Below are positions 58,353 to 64,000 of a stretch of 64,000 bases of DNA, in pieces (position 1 is the first letter of the stretch; each line of letters begins with the position of its first letter). Location of the stretch: the IMG/VR virus record IMGVR_UViG_3300032116_022045, one strand, 5' to 3'. The notes beneath the pieces were generated by a model that was given only the letters and a program-made list of their open reading frames with translations, did not search any database and was not told the origin of the DNA. This DNA is from a virus. Taxonomy: Duplodnaviria; Caudoviricetes. Position numbers and translations under genes: made by a program.

Positions 58353-58425
58353 GGTATGATAGCTCCAATGGTAGAGCGCAAGTTTGAAGAACTTGGCGTT
58401 GGTGGTTCGAATCCACCTCATACCA
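58353..58425 (+). tRNA. tRNA-Phe(GAA)
   Basis: GGTATGA/TCATACC; CAAGT-TTGAAGA-ACTTG; GGTGG-TTCGAAT-CCACC. Confidence 0.92.
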
Positions 58426-58430
58426 CAAAA

Positions 58431-58502
58431 GGACTCATGGTCTAAAGGTTATGATACTTGACTGTCTATCAAGTGATTGGGGTTCGATTCCCCATGGGTT
58501 CG
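58431..58502 (+). tRNA. tRNA-Asp(GTC)
   Basis: CTTGA-CTGTCTA-TCAAG; TGGGG-TTCGATT-CCCCA; G73. Confidence 0.9.
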
Positions 58503-58520
58503 CAAAAAAAAAAATAATAT

Positions 58521-58593
58521 CGCACATTCGTCTAGTGGACTAGGACATCTCCCTTTCACGGAGAAGACACGGTTTCGAATACCGTATGTGTGA
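58521..58593 (+). tRNA. tRNA-Glu(TTC)
   Basis: TCTCC-CTTTCAC-GGAGA; ACGGT-TTCGAAT-ACCGT. Confidence 0.9.
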
Positions 58594-58598
58594 CAAAT

Positions 58599-58672
58599 GG
58601 GGGCACATGTTCCAAGGCTGGCGAAAATGATTTGCAATCAATTTGTGAAGAGTTCAATTCTCTTTGTCTCCA
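58599..58672 (+). tRNA. tRNA-Ala(TGC)
   Basis: GGGGGCA/TGTCTCC acceptor with G3:U70 and A73; loop TTTGCAA. Confidence 0.8.
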
Positions 58673-58677
58673 CTTTT

Positions 58678-58710
58678 TTTGTTTAGTTGTTTTATTTTAT
58701 AGTATATTTG
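58678..58710 (+). promoter_or_regulatory. Bacteroidota-type sigma70 promoter
   Basis: TTTG-N21-TATATTTG. Confidence 0.75.
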
Positions 58711-58736
58711 TAATATAATTAAAACAGAATGTTAAT

Positions 58737-59399
58737 ATGGGATATAGAACATATATAGCGTCAATGCCGAAAAGAGAATATAATAAAATAAAATCAATGT
58801 CTGAAGAAGAATTGATTGAATTTTATAATATAGAAAAAGAAGAAAATGGTTTTTGGTATAAAGGTGTATATGAATTTGGTGAAGAACTTTATGAATTTGG
58901 TAAATTTACTGATTTTAATATACCAAAAAAATTTATTAAACCTTTTTTTAAAAATGAAAAGTTAATGTTAAAATATAACGAGTATGACTTTTTTACAATT
59001 AAAAAAGAAGTTCTTGAATTGATAATAAACCATTATCAAGAAAAAATAAAAAAATATTATAATGAAATGGTTAACCCAATTTTTGGCCTAGATAATTCTG
59101 GTAACCAAATAGAATCAAATTTATTAGATTCAATTAAAATTAAATATACTCACCCAGATAATGATTATCTGTTTGATTTATCAAACATAACCCAAAAAAA
59201 ACAAAATGCTTTATATAATATGATTAACCATGTTAAACGTATGCAAATAGAATGGGTAGATTTAACACCGTTTGATTTAAATGATGGTAAACAAATAATC
59301 ACAAATTCTTGGAAATATGAATATGGTATATTTGAACTAGTTAGAATATACAAATCTTTTGATTGGAAAAAAAATTTAATGTTCTACTATGGATACTAA
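58737..59399 (+). CDS. hypothetical protein
   Basis: 220-aa ORF after a host-type promoter. Confidence 0.7.
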   Translation: MGYRTYIASMPKREYNKIKSMSEEELIEFYNIEKEENGFWYKGVYEFGEELYEFGKFTDFNIPKKFIKPFFKNEKLMLKYNEYDFFTIKKEVLELIINHYQEKIKKYYNEMVNPIFGLDNSGNQIESNLLDSIKIKYTHPDNDYLFDLSNITQKKQNALYNMINHVKRMQIEWVDLTPFDLNDGKQIITNSWKYEYGIFELVRIYKSFDWKKNLMFYYGY

Positions 59400-59457
59400 T
59401 ATATAACTTATTTAATCAATAAAACTATATATTTATATATGAAATCTTAATTTAATT

Positions 59458-59961
59458 ATGAATAAACAAATAATATTAGAAACCATTCGTAAAGAATTTT
59501 TAATTAAAGAAAATTCAAAATACGATAACTATAAAAAAAATTGGAACTACGCTGGAAATTCTTATACTGACTTAACTATCGAAGAACCACTGAAAATTAA
59601 AACATGGACCTTCCCAAATCAAAATGGCTTCTATTTAGAATTTTTTTTTAATAATACCTTAATAGGTCATTATCACTCATTTTATGACCAAGATGATGGT
59701 TTTATGAATGATATGGAAATAAAAGATGATTACCAAAATAAAGGTTTCGGCAAAATATTACTTTTGTCAGCAATAGATGTTGGTAATAATTATATGGGCT
59801 TCTTCTCATCTGATACTAGATGGTTAGCACCAAATCAATCTAAAATCTATATCTACCTAAAAAAAGAAAATATAATATCTGATAATGACGAAATTATTGA
59901 TTATGATAAAGCTAATAAACTAATCTCAATAATAACTGAAAAAAACTTGACTTCTAAATAA
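59458..59961 (+). CDS. GNAT-like protein with head-targeting-like N-terminus
   Basis: MEIKDDYQNKGFGKILL motif A; late motif at 59429. Confidence 0.6.
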   Translation: MNKQIILETIRKEFLIKENSKYDNYKKNWNYAGNSYTDLTIEEPLKIKTWTFPNQNGFYLEFFFNNTLIGHYHSFYDQDDGFMNDMEIKDDYQNKGFGKILLLSAIDVGNNYMGFFSSDTRWLAPNQSKIYIYLKKENIISDNDEIIDYDKANKLISIITEKNLTSK

Positions 59962-59977
59962 TTATTTAGTATATTTG
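59947..59977 (+). promoter_or_regulatory. Bacteroidota-type sigma70 promoter for the interrupted tRNA
   Basis: TTG-N20-TATATTTG. Confidence 0.75.
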
Positions 59978-59985
59978 TATTATAT

Positions 59986-60802
59986 TGCGGAAGAGTGAAA
60001 CGGATAATCATTCAAGGCTCATACAGTTTTAAAATACTGAGAAATATTCGAACCAATAATAAAATTTAACTATTAGGTTCGTTTTTATTATTTTCACATA
60101 TTTATTAATATGGGAAAGTATAATAAAGAAGAATTAGAAAAATTAATTTTAGAAGAGAATAAGAGTTATTCCGCTATAGGTAGATTGTACAATGTTTCTG
60201 GTGGTGCAATTAAAAAAGTTGCTAAGAAATATGGTATTCCATTACCAAGACGAAGAAAAGTTAATGAAAATGAAGTGTTTAGTCGTAAAGGCTATCGAAG
60301 TAACAGTTTAGTTAATAAAGTTAACGACACTGAATTCATTTCAATAATAAAAGAGTCTAAACAATGGGTTGATGTGGCAGATAAATTAGGATATAAAAAC
60401 TATTTATCTAATAACATCAAAGATTCAATTAGAAATAGGTGCTCGATGTTAGGTATAGAGCTAAATTTAGTCCAAAGACTAGGTATTTCTGATTTAACAA
60501 AAGGTGAACTTTTTAATCATCGTAAGAATTGGCAATCAGCAAGGTCGGCAATTCAAAAAGATGCTAGAAAGGTTTATTTCGAATCTAATACAACACCAAG
60601 TTGTGCAATCTGTGGTTATTCAAACCATGTTGAAGTGGCTCACATTAAATCTGTGTCAGAGTTTAATGTAAGTACACCGATAGTAGTAATAAATTTGTTA
60701 TCAAATCTCATAGGATTATGCCCTAACCATCATTGGGAATATGATAACGGATTCTTGGAATTATAACCTTAGAGATAGTGGGTTCAACTCCCACATCCGC
60801 TA
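59986..60802 (+). tRNA. tRNA(CAT), Met/fMet-like, interrupted by a 742-nt insertion (exons 59986-60023 and 60766-60802)
   Basis: 5' half TGCGGAA...CAAGGCTCATA; 3' half ACCTTAGAGATAGTGGG-TTCAACT-CCCACATCCGCTA. Confidence 0.8.
60110..60766 (+). CDS. HNH endonuclease with N-terminal HTH-like segments, inside the tRNA insertion
   Basis: CAICG...VEVAHIK...NLIGLCPNHHWEYD; its TAA overlaps the 3' junction. Confidence 0.88.
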   Translation: MGKYNKEELEKLILEENKSYSAIGRLYNVSGGAIKKVAKKYGIPLPRRRKVNENEVFSRKGYRSNSLVNKVNDTEFISIIKESKQWVDVADKLGYKNYLSNNIKDSIRNRCSMLGIELNLVQRLGISDLTKGELFNHRKNWQSARSAIQKDARKVYFESNTTPSCAICGYSNHVEVAHIKSVSEFNVSTPIVVINLLSNLIGLCPNHHWEYDNGFLEL

Positions 60803-61795
60803 CTTTTTTAATATCCCCTTAATTACATCAACTTCATTATCACTTACCTCGTAAACACTACTGTTTATATCATCCTCACTTAGTAAGTTGTATTCCCTAA
60901 TATAATAGTCTTGACCTTTAGATAATAACATATCTTCACAACTAGTATACCTATCAAAATCACCACTAATGTTATCTAATACCCTTAAATAACCATCCTT
61001 ACCATCCAACTTAACGCAATCAATTATTACACCATCGTTATTTAATATTATTTTATATATAACACATAAATGTAAAATAATGTCAGAAACATCATTATCA
61101 CCAATATAATTAATATTACTTATATTACGATAACCAAACTTATTAAAACTATCATATAACTCTTTAATGTGTCTCTCTAAACTATAATATTTAGGACTTA
61201 TCTTATTATTTAATAAATAATCTAATTGATAACTATCATAATTTATGGCAATACAACTAAGTAATCTACCAGATGTTTTATATTCATTAATATTACTAAA
61301 TTTAATGTAATAACTATCTTTAATCTTAATTAAATCATCCCAAATATTAACCATATCTTCTATTTTATCATGACTTTTTTCACCTAATTCATCTTCCTCT
61401 TTTAAATATAATACTAATACTGGTATCTTAGCTTGACCTAAATTACTAGCCGCTATAACCCTATGACGACCCTCTTGCGTCTTCTCAACATAATTTAAAT
61501 AAGGTATGTCATACTTAATGCCTCTAGACATATTATACTCAATCTTGTTAATGTTACCAATCAATAAAGGTTCCTTCTGACTATAAACATCAGTACCTGC
61601 TATCTTGGCACACTCCCTGAAATATTCCTCACCACTCATAAACTTAATCTCACCAACCCAATTATCATACTTCTTAGGTAATCTATTATTTAAACCAAAT
61701 AATATTGCATCGTAATCTGGTATATTACTCCTATCCTTAAAATATCCGTAATCTATACTCTCCCTTAATAACTCTTCGTAAATATTACCTATCAT
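60800..61795 (-). CDS. hypothetical protein with a ParB/Srx-like motif
   Basis: QEGRHRVIAA...IPVLV; IYEELLRES N-terminus. Confidence 0.5.
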   Translation of the reverse strand: MIGNIYEELLRESIDYGYFKDRSNIPDYDAILFGLNNRLPKKYDNWVGEIKFMSGEEYFRECAKIAGTDVYSQKEPLLIGNINKIEYNMSRGIKYDIPYLNYVEKTQEGRHRVIAASNLGQAKIPVLVLYLKEEDELGEKSHDKIEDMVNIWDDLIKIKDSYYIKFSNINEYKTSGRLLSCIAINYDSYQLDYLLNNKISPKYYSLERHIKELYDSFNKFGYRNISNINYIGDNDVSDIILHLCVIYKIILNNDGVIIDCVKLDGKDGYLRVLDNISGDFDRYTSCEDMLLSKGQDYYIREYNLLSEDDINSSVYEVSDNEVDVIKGILKK

Positions 61796-62334
61796 TATAC
61801 TATCTTCTCAATATTTCTTATAACACCATCACCCCATATACAACCACTAGCAACATCCCATGTGTAATACCACTCAATGGTCCTCCTAGCTTCATAAATA
61901 TATGGCGCAATCTCAATCCCACCATAATCATTAGCAACCTTACCCCAATCTATTTTAGTATATGTATCATAACCAAACTTATATGGTACACCATATTCTT
62001 TATCAAATTCCGTTATTTCTTCATAATTACGTATTATCAAAATATTTGATTCATTAATATCAATCTTAAATACATTATCAGTTTCCCAATCTGGCATTTC
62101 ACTTTTTACCCAATCAACCCATGAACTACCTATACCATACCATAAACCCCTTGGTTTAAACCTAATCTCTTGCGAACTATTAGGTGTTGGCCTGAATTTA
62201 ATCTCATCCTCATGTGACATTATTATCCTAGTATCAGAATATTCAGTAGTTAATTTATTATATACGTCAGAACTAACTTCAGTCATAACCTTATTATATA
62301 TCTTTCCTATCTTCATATCTCTTTTAAATATCAA
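61795..62334 (-). CDS. hypothetical protein (KPRGLWY...WDVASGCIW); ADP-ribosyltransferase-like fold is a guess
   Basis: Trp-rich motifs; late motif at 62337. Confidence 0.5.
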   Translation of the reverse strand: MIFKRDMKIGKIYNKVMTEVSSDVYNKLTTEYSDTRIIMSHEDEIKFRPTPNSSQEIRFKPRGLWYGIGSSWVDWVKSEMPDWETDNVFKIDINESNILIIRNYEEITEFDKEYGVPYKFGYDTYTKIDWGKVANDYGGIEIAPYIYEARRTIEWYYTWDVASGCIWGDGVIRNIEKIV

Positions 62335-62369
62335 TTATAAATATACAATATTTTTTAAATAACAACACC

Positions 62370-62500
62370 ACCCTAATATTTAAACCCAAAAAATTCTGGA
62401 AATTTTTTTTTAAAAAAAGGGACCCTAATATTTAAATCCAAAAAATTCTGGAAATTTTTTTTTAAAAAAAGGGACCCTAATATTTAAACCCAAAAAATTC
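62370..62500. repeat. 52-bp tandem repeat, about 2.5 copies
   Basis: ACCCTAATATTTAAAYCCAAAAAATTC starts at 62370, 62422 and 62474. Confidence 0.9.
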
Positions 62501-62550
62501 CCCAGAAAAATTTTGCGAATCCTATTGTACCCCACTTTTAACCTGCACCA

Positions 62551-62603
62551 GGGGGGTATATGTAAGGGGGGTAACGGGAGGGGGGGTATATAGGGGGTAC
62601 CCC
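62551..62603 (+). other. G-tract cluster (G6, G6, G3, G7, G5) with G-quadruplex potential
   Basis: GGGGGGTATATGTAAGGGGGGTAACGGGAGGGGGGGTATATAGGGGGTACCCC. Confidence 0.75.
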
Positions 62604-62723
62604 TTATTTATAGCCCCTACATTGCATTATCTTTATAGTAGTGGTATCTTCCTATCAAAACTATATCAAAGTCGTTTATATCGCTTTATTTTAAGATATT
62701 AATTAATTATCATATGATAGGGT

Positions 62724-62754
62724 AAAAAAAAGGTACTGAATATTCAGTACCTTT
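62724..62754 (-). terminator. rho-independent terminator
   Basis: Perfect palindrome AAAGGTACTGAATATTCAGTACCTTT with a minus-strand T-tract. Confidence 0.8.
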
Positions 62755-62773
62755 ATTTCGGTTATCGGAATTT

Positions 62774-63334
62774 TTACAATTCCAAAGTTTCACCATTGGT
62801 GCGAACTTCGCCTATTGAGGAAATTACGTATTGGGTATATTTCCCTGTACGTAATAATTTTCTCAATTCATTTTTAGCAATTGTAATAGGTTTTGAATTT
62901 ACAATAGGATAATTCCCCTCTTGTAAAATTGTCTTATTTTCCCGATACCCGAAAATGTAAATATCCCCTGTTTGATTGTGTACTTTAACGCCCTTAATGA
63001 TATTAGTATAGGCGTTTATTTGACCTTCACTTCGATTAAAATCAGGTTTCTCAAAGGATTCAATTAAGGTTTGTTTAGCCTCAATTAATAGAGCCTTAGC
63101 CGACTTAAATTCAAATTCATTTGAATCCAAATCCAAATTTTTAAGAAACTCAATATCTCGTTCCTTAGCCTTAGAATAGGATGCACCAACATTAATTAGG
63201 TGATTGGCAATTTCTCCGTACTTATTAGTGTAAGAACGGATTGAAACGAATGTTACATTTGTTTTACTTGTTGCTTTTTTCAAAGCAATAACCACATCTA
63301 ATGCGGTTGATTTTGTTGATACTTGCTGTTCCAT
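62774..63334 (-). CDS. hypothetical protein (probably early)
   Basis: 186 aa; codon usage differs from the late genes. Confidence 0.7.
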   Translation of the reverse strand: MEQQVSTKSTALDVVIALKKATSKTNVTFVSIRSYTNKYGEIANHLINVGASYSKAKERDIEFLKNLDLDSNEFEFKSAKALLIEAKQTLIESFEKPDFNRSEGQINAYTNIIKGVKVHNQTGDIYIFGYRENKTILQEGNYPIVNSKPITIAKNELRKLLRTGKYTQYVISSIGEVRTNGETLEL

Positions 63335-63589
63335 TACTAAAATGTTTAAAAGGTTAAATTAAATTGAACACTACAAAAGTATAGGAAATATCAATACCAA
63401 TAACATACATAACCACATTTTTATCCACATATTTTAATTATTAATTGTGGATAAATAGGGTTAAAAAAATTAGGTATTGTCAATTAATTCCCTTAATATT
63501 GCAGTGTAATTCAGTTACTGAATTAAGGGTCGCTGGGAAGCGAGAGAGTGTACTCCATCCTGGCTTTTATTTTATATATAAAATAAAAT

Positions 63590-63647
63590 TAATACGAGAA
63601 ATGAAATATATAATACAAGAAATGAACTATATAATACGAGAAATGAA
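63590..63647. repeat. 21-bp tandem repeat x3
   Basis: TAATACRAGAAATGAA at 63590, 63611 and 63632. Confidence 0.85.
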
Positions 63648-63725
63648 TAATAAGGTTGATAGAATATACCAACCTTATTATATTTCATAAAGTGAATTAT
63701 TTAAAAATTGGATTATTTAAGTTTC

Positions 63726-63890
63726 TTATTCTTTTTTATATGCGAAATAACCAATAACAATACAGGCTATTGCTTCAAAAAATCCGACCATAATGATTGA
63801 AGGTATTTTACCAACACTAATAACATAGTGAATGGATAAACCAATAACAATTGAGCCGACAAGGATTAAAAGGACACCAATTATTTTCAT
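63726..63890 (-). CDS. small two-TM membrane protein (54 aa)
   Basis: MKIIGVLLILVGSIVIGLSIHYV...IACIVIGYFAYKKE; promoter at 63922-63951. Confidence 0.6.
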   Translation of the reverse strand: MKIIGVLLILVGSIVIGLSIHYVISVGKIPSIIMVGFFEAIACIVIGYFAYKKE

Positions 63891-63921
63891 GATTACAAAA
63901 TTAAATTGTGAATTGAATATG

Positions 63922-63951
63922 CAAATATACTAATTAATTTAATACGTGCAA
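63922..63951 (-). promoter_or_regulatory. Bacteroidota-type sigma70 promoter
   Basis: TTG-N19-TATATTTG. Confidence 0.65.
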
Positions 63952-64000
63952 CAATTATTTAAAATAAATGTACACATTTGTGTATGCAATTAAATTCATA

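Noticed and set aside
58449-58637. 62-aa minus-strand ORF
   Set aside because: Antisense to three tRNA genes
58599-58672. tRNA-Cys(GCA)
   Set aside because: The stem register gives loop TTTGCAA (anticodon TGC), and G3:U70 plus A73 indicate Ala
60024-60765. Group I/II intron or integrated element in the tRNA
   Set aside because: No space for a ribozyme core, no integrase, and only a 3-nt junction repeat
62370-62500. 52-bp repeats as a mini-CRISPR
   Set aside because: Head-to-tail copies without variable spacers, and no cas genes in the window
1-64000. Stop-codon recoding (code 15 or 4)
   Set aside because: Core genes are intact in code 11, TAG (5022) and TGA (45328) end genes at sensible places, and no suppressor tRNA is seen
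33149-64000. An integrase or tyrosine recombinase for the cassette arrays
   Set aside because: I recognised no R-H-x-x-R...H/W...Y recombinase signature in any ORF of the window; a remote homolog cannot be excluded without profile searches

Overview
AT-rich segment of a jumbo tailed phage with T4-like morphogenesis genes, read in standard code 11. Host-type promoters match the Bacteroidota sigma70 consensus (TTTG-N19-21-TAnnTTTG), so a Bacteroidota host is inferred. From left to right: FkbM methyltransferase, PhoH, two glycosyltransferases, a sigma-like factor, a baseplate spike, the head module (major capsid, scaffold, prohead protease, intein-containing portal, large terminase), late modular proteins, ThyX, a 34-43 kb accessory region, a ClpC-like ATPase, GNAT/HExxH/nucleotidyltransferase proteins, thioredoxin, five intact tRNAs, a tRNA(CAT) interrupted by an HNH gene, and a repeat/G-tract region. 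The top candidate new system is an integron-like cassette array at 34.4-42.5 kb. It has 9 complete and 2 half attC-like palindromes and 3 conserved non-palindromic leader sites. Core sequences match across each cassette rather than across each hairpin, and all ORFs are antisense, often starting inside the hairpin. No recombinase is seen in the window. Other notable items: a Phe-rich leader-peptide attenuator before tRNA-Phe, a Pro1/block-F-Cys HNH intein in the portal, and three genes split at homopolymer runs (possible programmed frameshifts or assembly errors). All family assignments come from motif recognition by eye; no searches were run.
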